Positions 25,174 to 33,617 of a stretch of 64,000 bases of DNA are shown here, piece after piece; position 1 is the stretch's first letter; each line of letters begins with the position of its first letter. Source of the stretch: Abditibacterium sp. (GTDB lineage: Bacteria > Armatimonadota > Abditibacteriia > Abditibacteriales > Abditibacteriaceae). The DNA is taken from positions 1 through 64,000 of the forward strand of contig CBDFFV010000001.1 of assembly GCA_965246885.1 (NCBI GenBank), given 5' to 3'. Below the pieces are notes generated by a model, which was not told where the DNA came from, ran no database searches, and saw nothing but the letters and a program-made list of their open reading frames with translations. Made by a program: the position numbers and the translations under genes.

Positions 25174-27156
25174 CTATAAACGGCCTCCGAAAATGGCGAG
25201 CGGGCCGATGATGTCGGAGAATTTGAGGCCTTGCCCTTTCACCGGGACGTACAGGATGTCGTTGGGCTGAAGCTGCACGTTTTGCGTTTTGCCGTTTTTG
25301 CGCAACAGTTGGTCTAAATTGACCGGGATGATTTGCGAGTTGCCGTTGACGGTGCGCACGATGGTGGCGTTTTTGAGTCCGGCGGTTTGGGTGGGGCCAC
25401 CGGCGGCGCTCAGGGCGTTGAGGAGCGACGCGTCGGCGGGGTTTTCGGGAAACGGGTAGTAGTTGGGCTTTTGGACTTGGCCAAACACGGCGATGCGCAG
25501 GGGGTTTATCGGAAGCACGAGTTGATCGCCGGGCGCAAAGCGAAACGCGGCGACGGCGGGGTCGGGCGTGCCCGCAACGGTCGAGGTCAGGTCGAATTCG
25601 ATGTGTTGTCCGGCTCGCGCGACGTAGGAGTGACGCAGCGTCGCCAGTTCCAGTGGCCCGCCCGCTTTGGAAAGCAGGGATAAGACGGTGAGGTCGTCGT
25701 CGAGGTCGTAGGGGCCGGGTTTGGCGACTTGACCAATAACCTGCACCTGACCGCGCATGTCGGGAATGACGATGGTGTCGCCGTCTTGCAATTTGAAACC
25801 GGCCACGTCGGGCGTCACTTGGCGGTCAACCAAGGCGGGGCGCAGGTTGATGGGCAGTTGCACGCCAGCGCGCAGGACGTAAGCGCGGCTCAGCCCCGCT
25901 CCGGCGGTCGGGTTGCCCGCGTCGGCGATGACGGACAAAAGCGTCGAACCGCTTTGCAACGGGTAGGGGCCGGGCTTGGCGACGGGGCCGATGACGTTGA
26001 CCGAATGTTCGAGGCGTTTGGGGACATACAAGACGTCGTCACCTTGCAAAACGATGTTGTCGGGCGCGCGTCCGGCGAGCATTTGGGCGGCGTTGACGGC
26101 GATGGCTTGGCTTTTGTTGCCGGTTGCACGGGTGATGGTGGCGTGTTCGAGATCGCCGTCGGCGAGCGGTCCGCCCGCTTGGGAGAGAGCTTTGAGAACC
26201 GTCGCTTCCGCCGGGTTTTCAGGGAGGGGATAGTAGGAGGGGCGGGCGACTTGGCCTTGCACGCTAAAACGCGCGGTGTTTTCGGGGATGTTCAGAACGT
26301 CGCCCGGCTCGAACAGGAAATGTGTGAGGGGCGAATCGGGTGCGGCGTTGCCCTGCGCGGCGGCGCTCAGGTCGGTCAGGACGGGCTGGCCGTGCCGCAA
26401 CACCTGCGCGCGGCGTAGCGCGGCAGAATCGAGCGGCCCGCCCGCCCGCGCGAGCAAGCCCATGACAGTCAGGCCCTCGTCGAGGTCGTACGCGCCGGGG
26501 GTTTTGATGGCGCCCATGACGGTGATTTGCTTGGCGTAGTCGAGGGCGTCGAGTTCGACGACGTCATCGGGACGAAGCGCGACGTTGGAGCTACTGCCCG
26601 GCTCGGCGACGGCGCGGCCCATGTCGAAGGCGATGACGCCGCCCGCGCGAATGACGCGCCCGGAGATGCGCGTGGCCTTGGTGCTAAGTCCCCCGGCTTG
26701 CGCGACCAAATCGAGGACGTGCGCTCCGGGTTGCAAGGGAAACGTGCCGGTCGTTTTGACAGCGCCGATGATGCGCGCTTGACGGGGGCGGGCTTGCTTG
26801 AGCACCACTTGCACGCGGGCGTTGTTGAGCGTGCGCGCCAACAGGCGCTCGATGGTGCGCGCCAAAGCGGGGACGGACTGGCCGCTCGCCCTGATTTCTC
26901 CGGCGCGGGGGAGGGTGATTTTGCCGTCGGGCCGCACCGTCACCGAGGTGTTGAGGTCGGGGTGGTTGGACACGGAAATGTCCAACACGTCATCGGCGCC
27001 CAACAGATACTCGCCGCTCGTCGCGACGCGCGCGGGTTGCTGGGCCGAAGCGCCGGGGAGCTTGGGCTTGGTGGGGGGGCGGCCCTTGGTCGCGGCGCGG
27101 GAAGACGCGCAAAGCAGCAGAGGCAGGGTGATGGCAAGGGCGAAGCGGGAAGTCAT
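25174..27156 (-). CDS. wza: Polysaccharide export protein, Wza-like, multi-SLBB
   Basis: Signal peptide, YLLGADDVLDISV and VRPDGKITLP motifs, about six SLBB repeats. Confidence 0.88.
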   Translation of the reverse strand: MTSRFALAITLPLLLCASSRAATKGRPPTKPKLPGASAQQPARVATSGEYLLGADDVLDISVSNHPDLNTSVTVRPDGKITLPRAGEIRASGQSVPALARTIERLLARTLNNARVQVVLKQARPRQARIIGAVKTTGTFPLQPGAHVLDLVAQAGGLSTKATRISGRVIRAGGVIAFDMGRAVAEPGSSSNVALRPDDVVELDALDYAKQITVMGAIKTPGAYDLDEGLTVMGLLARAGGPLDSAALRRAQVLRHGQPVLTDLSAAAQGNAAPDSPLTHFLFEPGDVLNIPENTARFSVQGQVARPSYYPLPENPAEATVLKALSQAGGPLADGDLEHATITRATGNKSQAIAVNAAQMLAGRAPDNIVLQGDDVLYVPKRLEHSVNVIGPVAKPGPYPLQSGSTLLSVIADAGNPTAGAGLSRAYVLRAGVQLPINLRPALVDRQVTPDVAGFKLQDGDTIVIPDMRGQVQVIGQVAKPGPYDLDDDLTVLSLLSKAGGPLELATLRHSYVARAGQHIEFDLTSTVAGTPDPAVAAFRFAPGDQLVLPINPLRIAVFGQVQKPNYYPFPENPADASLLNALSAAGGPTQTAGLKNATIVRTVNGNSQIIPVNLDQLLRKNGKTQNVQLQPNDILYVPVKGQGLKFSDIIGPLAIFGGRL

Positions 27157-27186
27157 GGGAGTGAGTCGGGGTGGGTAGAGTTTGGC

Positions 27187-29541
27187 TTACTCGTCGTCGT
27201 CTTCGTCCCCGTCGTCGTGGGGGCCAGTTCCGTTGGCGCCCTGCGGGGGGGCGGCGGTGGCGGTCGGAGAAAAGCGGCGGGCACGGGTCAGGAGTGGCCC
27301 GTTGCCGTCTCCTCCTCCGGTAACGTTTGCGGCGGGGAGCGATTCACTTTCGGCGGGCGGGTTGGTCGGGTCGTCGTCGTAGTAGTAGCCGCCGTAGCCG
27401 CCGTAGGCTTTGTTGGTCTGCTGGTCTATCTGGTTAAAGACCATGCCCACGACGCGCGCGTGCGCTTGGCGCAGCAGTTCAAAGGAGCGCTTGACCGCCG
27501 AGCGGGGCACGCGGCCCAGTTGCATGACGTAGATGACGCCGTCCACTTTGGAAGCGAGCACCTGCGAGTCGGCGGTGGCCAAAAGGGGCGGCGAGTCGAA
27601 GATGACGACGTCGGCGCCCTTGCCCAACCTTTGAATCACGGCGTCCATGACGGCGGAGTTGAGCAGTTCGGCGGGGTTGGGCGGCATGACGCCCGCCGCG
27701 ATGAGGCGCATGCCGGGCACGCCGACTTCCTGCACGCAGTCGCGCAGTTTGGCGTTGCCCACCAGAGCGTCGGTCAGGCCGGGAACGCGCGGCACGCCAA
27801 AGATTTCGTGCTGGCGGGGGCGGTGCAGGTCGGTGTCCACGAGGATGACCGTCTTGCCCGCCAAGGCCATTGCGATGGCGAGGTTGGAAGCGATGTAGCT
27901 CTTGCCTTCGCCGGGAATGGAACTGGTGACGAGTAGCTTCTGGCCGGGGCTGTTGACGAGGGCGAACTGCACGTTGGAACGCAGACCCCGAAAGCCTTCG
28001 AGCAGGGTCTTGTCGGGGTTTTCCAAGTCGAGGACGGGACGCGCGCCTTTGGCGACGCCGGTCAGAAGCGGGAAGTAGCCCAAAATCGAGGTGCCCAATA
28101 AGCGGCGCGCTTCCTCGGCGTTGCGGATGTGGTCGTCGAGGGATTCTTGCAACAGGGCCGCGCCCGCGCCCAGCAAGCTCGCCAGCAGAAGGGAAAACAG
28201 GAGGTTGCGCACCAAGCTGGGGGCGATTTTGACGGGCGGACTACCCCCTTGCAGGATGACGACGGGCGCGCCTGCCGCTTCGAGGGCGGCCTTGCGCGTC
28301 GAGAGTTGCATCACGTTCTTGTAGAAGGTGTCGTAGGCGAGCCTGCTGTTGTCGAGGTCGCGCGATAAGCGGGCTTCTTGGCGGGCGATGCCGGGAAAGC
28401 GGGAAAGCGTTGCGCTTTGCGCGGCGAGTTGGCGGCGCAGGGGCGTTTGGGAATCGCGCGCGGCTTGTAAGGCGGCGCGGGCGTCGCGGATTTTCTCATC
28501 GAGCGAGGAGACGGCGGGGTTGGGCGCGCGGCTGGAGTTGGTGATGGTCGCGGGCGTATTGGCCAAGCGTTGCCGCAAGCTGCTGATTTGCAAGTCCACC
28601 TTTTTGATCTCGTCGTCGTTGGGCTTGTAGAGAAACAGCTTTTGCTGGCGCTCTTGGCCCAAGGAAGCGATTTGGTCTTTGAGGGCTTGGACTTGCGGGT
28701 TGGTGGTGGTGACGGGGGTATCGGTGAAGTTGCCCAGTTGCCGCCGTTCGGTTTGCAGGGCGGCGACTTGGGCGGTGAGGCGTGCGGCCTCTTGCTGGGC
28801 AGCAGCGAGGCCGGTGCGCGTTTGGGCGATTTGGGCGATGGCGGACGAGGTTTCGTCGCTCGTGTTGGCCACGCGCGCGCGCGTGCGGAAGTTGGCGAGG
28901 GCGCGCTCGGTCGCTTGCAGCTTGGCGTTTTGGCGGGCGAGGGTCTTTTGCGCGAAGTCGAGAGAGGCGGTCACTTCGCGCAGACGGTCGGAGCGGGATT
29001 GGTCTTTATAAACCTTGGGCAGAATGTCTATAAAGCGCGCCAGCCCCTCGCGCGACGTGGAGATGGCGACCAGTTCGATGACATCGGTGCGCTCGACGCG
29101 CTGGACGTCCAAATTCACGGCGGTGGGCGGGACGCCCGCTTCTTTGACAACGCGGTCAAGCACCATCGGCGAACGCAAAATTTCGACTTGGGTATCCACA
29201 TCGCGACCCGATTTGGGCGCGAAGACGCTGGATAGAGGATCGTCGCCGGTGCTCAGGTTGATGGTGTTGGATTTCCCTTCGACCAGCAAGCGAGCGCCGG
29301 TACGGTAAACGGGCTTGGTAATGAGCGTAATGGCGAGGCCCAGCGCCATGACTAACACGAACACGCTGAGCGCGATTTGCGCGCGGCGGCGCAAGACCTC
29401 GAAGAAGTCGCGTAGCGTCATGGTGGGCGCGGCGGGAGCGCCGTCCTCGACGGAAGGGGCGGAAGTCGGATAACGTCCGGCGCCGTTGGGGTCGGGGGGA
29501 GGCGCGGGCACAAGTTCGCCGTGATGAAGGGTGGAAGGCAT
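27187..29541 (-). CDS. wzc: Wzc polysaccharide co-polymerase / tyrosine autokinase
   Basis: EGFRGLRSN, Walker A PGEGKS, DTDLHRP, DSPP and C-terminal Tyr cluster AYGGYGGYYY. Confidence 0.9.
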   Translation of the reverse strand: MPSTLHHGELVPAPPPDPNGAGRYPTSAPSVEDGAPAAPTMTLRDFFEVLRRRAQIALSVFVLVMALGLAITLITKPVYRTGARLLVEGKSNTINLSTGDDPLSSVFAPKSGRDVDTQVEILRSPMVLDRVVKEAGVPPTAVNLDVQRVERTDVIELVAISTSREGLARFIDILPKVYKDQSRSDRLREVTASLDFAQKTLARQNAKLQATERALANFRTRARVANTSDETSSAIAQIAQTRTGLAAAQQEAARLTAQVAALQTERRQLGNFTDTPVTTTNPQVQALKDQIASLGQERQQKLFLYKPNDDEIKKVDLQISSLRQRLANTPATITNSSRAPNPAVSSLDEKIRDARAALQAARDSQTPLRRQLAAQSATLSRFPGIARQEARLSRDLDNSRLAYDTFYKNVMQLSTRKAALEAAGAPVVILQGGSPPVKIAPSLVRNLLFSLLLASLLGAGAALLQESLDDHIRNAEEARRLLGTSILGYFPLLTGVAKGARPVLDLENPDKTLLEGFRGLRSNVQFALVNSPGQKLLVTSSIPGEGKSYIASNLAIAMALAGKTVILVDTDLHRPRQHEIFGVPRVPGLTDALVGNAKLRDCVQEVGVPGMRLIAAGVMPPNPAELLNSAVMDAVIQRLGKGADVVIFDSPPLLATADSQVLASKVDGVIYVMQLGRVPRSAVKRSFELLRQAHARVVGMVFNQIDQQTNKAYGGYGGYYYDDDPTNPPAESESLPAANVTGGGDGNGPLLTRARRFSPTATAAPPQGANGTGPHDDGDEDDDE

Positions 29542-29639
29542 TGGAAATGGCTGCGAAAAGAAGGCGTTGACGCGCGGAGCAGCGCACGAAAGCGCTACAC
29601 CTCACTTCCAGTCTGCCTTTTTCTTGCAAAACGCGCCCT

Positions 29640-29740
29640 GACGGGATTAACACTTAACTTAGATAACGGGAAAGGACTGGTCGCGGGCAGCCACCAGCCG
29701 CCCCCGACGGCATTAACACTTAACTTAGATAAAGGGAAAG
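29640..29740. repeat. 35-bp direct repeat x2 upstream of the wzc operon
   Basis: GACGG(G/C)ATTAACACTTAACTTAGATAA(C/A)GGGAAAG at 29640 and 29706 (66-bp period). Confidence 0.85.
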
Positions 29741-29787
29741 CCCCCAAGTGTCAGTGACCCCCCGAAGCTGCGCCCGGCCCCCGTGCT

Positions 29788-32094
29788 TTACGGGGCCAAG
29801 GCGTGCGCGCTCACCAATTCGTGCGACGGCACGAGCAGGGTGCCGACCCTTTTTCCGCCTTGGAAGACCCCGGCGCGAACGGGAGCGTCGGTGGGGTTAA
29901 AGGCGATGAAGGTCTTCTGGCCCGTCGCGGCGTTGACATACGCCCGCGAAAGGGGCAGGCTGAAGGAGTAGTCCCACGCGATGGCGCCCAGAGAGAGGTT
30001 GGCGTGCGCGAAGTAATACGTCAGGCCGGGAGTGTCGTTGTCGTGCGCGGTGGCGCTGTTCTTGGCCCACAACTCGTCCATCTGCTGCGCGGCAAAAGCG
30101 GGGTTGACCTGCGCGGCTTGCCCCAACAGGACGTTACCCAGCGCGGGGCCGACCTTGTCGAAATCTATCTCGCCGTCCTTGGACGCCTTGCGCGCGGCCC
30201 ACATCGCGCTGAAGCTCTTTTTGGCAAAAGCGGGGTCTTCCACTAAATACGCCAGCCCCGGCGACATGGGGCACCACTGGATGCCCCATATCCAAGCGGG
30301 GTCACCCGAAAAGTAGGTGCCATAGTTGTTGCCGCCGCTCCACACCATGCCCACCACCTCGTGCTTCCAGTTGGGCGGCCAGTTGTCGCCGTGCTCGTTG
30401 AACCAGTACTCTTGCACGGCGCGGCTTTCGAGGGCGTAGCCCATCGCGCCCGCCGCCGTCATTTCCTTGTCGCCCAAGGCTTCGCCCAGCAGGAACAGGC
30501 CCTCCCAGCTTTGCACGGCTTCGGACGAGGACTCCTGATTGTTGCCCGTGCCACCCGAAAAGCCGCCCGCCCACGAGTGCCCTTCCCACACGTCGAAGGT
30601 GCGCAGAAAGGGAAAGTCGGCGTCATTCCTGTCCCAGTTGGCGTACTCTTTGGCGACCAAGCGCGCCATCGGGCCGTAGTCCCGCAGCCATGCGGGGTCG
30701 GAGAAGCCCAACAGCGCGCTGGCGAGGGTGAAGTAGCCGTAGTGGAAGTGCTGGTCGTTGAACCCTTCCGAGCCGTAGCTGGTGTTAAAGCCGATCAAGC
30801 CGCCCCATTTGGGATAGCGCGCGAACAAGTGCGCTTTTTCGCCGGGGGTAAAGGTGAACCAGTCGGTGAGGGCGGTTTTGAGCGAGTCGTGCAGCTTCGC
30901 TTCGCTGGGGTCGCGGAGGGCGTGCGCAATGTCCATATATTGCGCCCACTGCGTCAGGTGCTTGGCGCCCCAGTAGGTATCGTCGCCGTATTGCGTGCGG
31001 GTCGCGTAGCGGGCGAGGTAGTCGCGCATGCGCGCCGCGTCGAAGCTCTTATCGGTTGGGGCGGGCAAAGAAGGCGGGAAGCCCTTGAAGGGATAGGTGA
31101 TGGAAAAGTCCGTCCCGACCGCGCACTTCATCGTCCCGCGCGGCGTCAGATACTCTGGGCCTGTCAGCGCGAGGTCGTTCTCCGTGCCGCGCCAGTGATG
31201 CGAAAGCCAGCCTTGAATCAGGCGCTTTTCCGTGCCTTGCAGGGGTTGCGTTTCCAGATGCCAGTGCGTCACCACGCGGGCGCGCGCGCTCTGATACTCC
31301 CACGACAAGCGGCTGTCGCGCGGAACCGCAAACGCGAAGCGGTGAAACAAGGCGAAGTCGCTCGTCTTGGCGAGGGGGCAGACCGTCAAAAACCCCTTGC
31401 CGCCCGTAAAGGTGGCGGATACCTTGTCCCCGTCGCGCGTCCACCGGGTGTTCGCGGGAGCGAACACCCCATACGAGCGCCCGCCATAGGTCAGTCCGAA
31501 GCCGTCTCCCGTCGCGGGCAAGTCGGCTTTGTCGCCGCCCGCGCCGAAAAAGGTGGCGTCTTTATCTATTTGCAGCGTGGGAGAGATGCCCTTGGCTTCT
31601 ATCCACACATACGGCAAGCCGCGCCCAAGCGTGACGTCGAAGTATTTGTTCGCGCTTTCGCCCAGACGGAAGGAAACCAGCCAATCGCTCCACGATTTGG
31701 CGCGGGTGTCAACGGGCTTGAAGCCGTCCCCGCCGACTTTGAGCGGGTTTTCGGAAACGGGGTCGCTGCCCGACTCGTTCCAGCGCGTGGGAAAGGTGAT
31801 CTCCAAGCCGTCCGGCGTCGCTTTGGTTTGTTGCGGAAACGACCATAGCTGCCCCACGTAGCGGTCAACGAGCAGGTTCGTCCACCACTTGTTGGTCGGG
31901 ATCGGCTTGCCCGCCGCTTCGGGTAACAGTTGTAACGGTTTATCCAGCGTGGCGCGCGCTTGTGCCGCGACTTCGGGCGGCGGAAAAGACGCATACGAGC
32001 CTTTGTCTACGCTCACGACTGCGGGGGTGCCTTGGGCATGGGCGGCGGCGGACAGCAAAAGGGTTCCGAGGAGGGAGAATGTGAGGAGCTTCAT
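29788..32094 (-). CDS. Secreted GH81 endo-beta-1,3-glucanase
   Basis: Signal peptide; PIPTNKWW, FNDQHFHYGYF, GHSWAGG and NQESSSEA catalytic motifs. Confidence 0.9.
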   Translation of the reverse strand: MKLLTFSLLGTLLLSAAAHAQGTPAVVSVDKGSYASFPPPEVAAQARATLDKPLQLLPEAAGKPIPTNKWWTNLLVDRYVGQLWSFPQQTKATPDGLEITFPTRWNESGSDPVSENPLKVGGDGFKPVDTRAKSWSDWLVSFRLGESANKYFDVTLGRGLPYVWIEAKGISPTLQIDKDATFFGAGGDKADLPATGDGFGLTYGGRSYGVFAPANTRWTRDGDKVSATFTGGKGFLTVCPLAKTSDFALFHRFAFAVPRDSRLSWEYQSARARVVTHWHLETQPLQGTEKRLIQGWLSHHWRGTENDLALTGPEYLTPRGTMKCAVGTDFSITYPFKGFPPSLPAPTDKSFDAARMRDYLARYATRTQYGDDTYWGAKHLTQWAQYMDIAHALRDPSEAKLHDSLKTALTDWFTFTPGEKAHLFARYPKWGGLIGFNTSYGSEGFNDQHFHYGYFTLASALLGFSDPAWLRDYGPMARLVAKEYANWDRNDADFPFLRTFDVWEGHSWAGGFSGGTGNNQESSSEAVQSWEGLFLLGEALGDKEMTAAGAMGYALESRAVQEYWFNEHGDNWPPNWKHEVVGMVWSGGNNYGTYFSGDPAWIWGIQWCPMSPGLAYLVEDPAFAKKSFSAMWAARKASKDGEIDFDKVGPALGNVLLGQAAQVNPAFAAQQMDELWAKNSATAHDNDTPGLTYYFAHANLSLGAIAWDYSFSLPLSRAYVNAATGQKTFIAFNPTDAPVRAGVFQGGKRVGTLLVPSHELVSAHALAP

Positions 32095-32116
32095 GGGCAG
32101 GGTGCTTCTTTGAATC

Positions 32117-32222
32117 AAGCGACTAAAGTCGCAGCCCGCAGGGTCGTCGGCCTTCGCCGACGGGGTGCCAGTTCACCTTCGGCAAAGGCCGACGACCCTG
32201 CGGGCTGCGACTTTAGTCGCTT
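32117..32222. repeat. Long inverted repeat (REP/REPIN-like), 38-bp perfect arms
   Basis: AAGCGACTAAAGTCGCAGCCCGCAGGGTCGTCGGCCTT at 32117-32154 with its reverse complement at 32185-32222; each arm has an internal GCGACTAAAGTCGC palindrome. Confidence 0.85.
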
Positions 32223-32229
32223 ACTTATC

Positions 32230-33222
32230 TCAAACCGTATCCCCGTCCAAGACGGTGACGGGCAAGCGAATTTCTTCGACTTCGGGCGGGGTTTGGCCGG
32301 ATGCGCGGTTTTCGATAAGGGCGACCAATTTGGCGAGAGCGGCGGTCGCCACATCTTCCCAAGGCGACTTCGCCGTGACCAAGCGGCGCGCGGGCAGTTG
32401 GTCGCGGTCGAACCCATCGAACCCGGTGACGGCTATCTCTTCCGGCACGCGCACGCTCGCCGCCAAGCACGCGCGCAAGAGGTTGTAGGCGGCGCGGTCG
32501 TTCCAACACAAGACCGCGACGGGCGATAGGTCGCGCAGCTGCGGGAGGGCGGGCGCGGCCTCCTCGAAGTCAATGGGAATGACACGCCGCTCCGACGGTG
32601 AGACGCCGCGCCGCGCCAGTTCCGTCTCGAAAGCGGCGCGGCGCCGCTCGATGGACAAGAGCTTCACGCGCGGCGTCAAAAACGCGAAACGGCGGTGGCC
32701 GCGCGCCCACAAGAGTTCGACCAGTTGCGCGATTCCGCCCTCGTCGTCGCACGTTACGGCGGGGAAATAGGGAAGCGCATCGGCGACCGACACCACCGGC
32801 AAGGAGGAGCGCCCCAGTATCTCGACGAGCGGGTCGTCGGCTCCGGCGTGCAATATCAGCCCGTCAATGCGCCCATCGCGCAGCTTGCCAAACATCGTCT
32901 CGGCGGAGGAGCCATACGAGTTGTGCAGCATCAAGTCCAGCCCATACGCGCCGCACGCGCACTGCAAGGCGCCCACAACCGTGCCCAGAAAAGCGTTGCG
33001 CACATCGTAGTTGTGGTTGGTATGCACTCCGATGATGCCCGTGCGCCCGTGCCGAAGCGAGCGGGCAACGGCGTTGGGTTGATACCCCAAGCGTTGCGCC
33101 GTTTCCAACACGCGCTGGCGCGTCGCGGCGGACGCGCGGTGCCGCGCATCGCCGTTCAAGATGCGAGACACCGTTGGCTGCGACAAGTTCAACTCTCGCG
33201 CGATGTCTTTGGCAGTGAGCAT
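32230..33222 (-). CDS. LacI family transcriptional regulator
   Basis: TAKDIARELNLSQPTVSRILNG HTH, YQPNAVARSL hinge and VPEEIAVTGFD; probable start Met 33222, with TATAAT about 50 bp upstream. Confidence 0.92.
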   Translation of the reverse strand: MLTAKDIARELNLSQPTVSRILNGDARHRASAATRQRVLETAQRLGYQPNAVARSLRHGRTGIIGVHTNHNYDVRNAFLGTVVGALQCACGAYGLDLMLHNSYGSSAETMFGKLRDGRIDGLILHAGADDPLVEILGRSSLPVVSVADALPYFPAVTCDDEGGIAQLVELLWARGHRRFAFLTPRVKLLSIERRRAAFETELARRGVSPSERRVIPIDFEEAAPALPQLRDLSPVAVLCWNDRAAYNLLRACLAASVRVPEEIAVTGFDGFDRDQLPARRLVTAKSPWEDVATAALAKLVALIENRASGQTPPEVEEIRLPVTVLDGDTV

Positions 33223-33304
33223 CCCAAGGCACCCCGATCCGCAGGCGCGTTCCTTCGTTGTGGTTCCAATCATTATACCTTCCTTCCCGCGCCCGCTCGG
33301 TGCG

Positions 33305-33501
33305 CCGTCCGCCCTTGCGGGCCAACCGTCCGCCCTTGCGGGCCAACCGTCCGCCCTTGCGGGCCAACCGTCCGCCCTTGCGGGCCAACCGTCCGCCCTT
33401 GCGGGCCAACCGTCCGCCCTTGCGGGCCAACCGTCCGCCCTTGCGGGCCAACCGTCCGCCCTTGCGGGCCAACCGTCCGCCCTTGCGAGCCAACCGTCCG
33501 C
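33305..33501. repeat. 21-bp tandem repeat CCGTCCGCCCTTGCGGGCCAA x9 plus partial (VNTR)
   Basis: Eight identical units plus one with a single mismatch; intergenic upstream of lacI. Confidence 0.95.
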
Positions 33502-33617
33502 GCGCGTCATTCTTCCATCGGCGCGCCTCTTTCTGCGGAAGAATTGCGTGATTCCGTCGTCGTCCCACCTAATTCTTCCATCGGCGCGCCCCTTTCAACG
33601 GCTCCCGCGCGCGCGTC

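Noticed and set aside
29640..29740. Mini CRISPR (repeat-spacer-repeat ending GAAAG)
   Set aside because: Only two imperfect copies and no cas genes in the window; the promoter location favours a regulatory duplication, although an orphan relic cannot be fully excluded.
33223..33510. N-terminal (ADGWPAR)n extension of LacI shown in the ORF track
   Set aside because: Produced by the intergenic 21-bp VNTR; the HTH begins at Met 33222 and a TATAAT lies between the repeat and that start.
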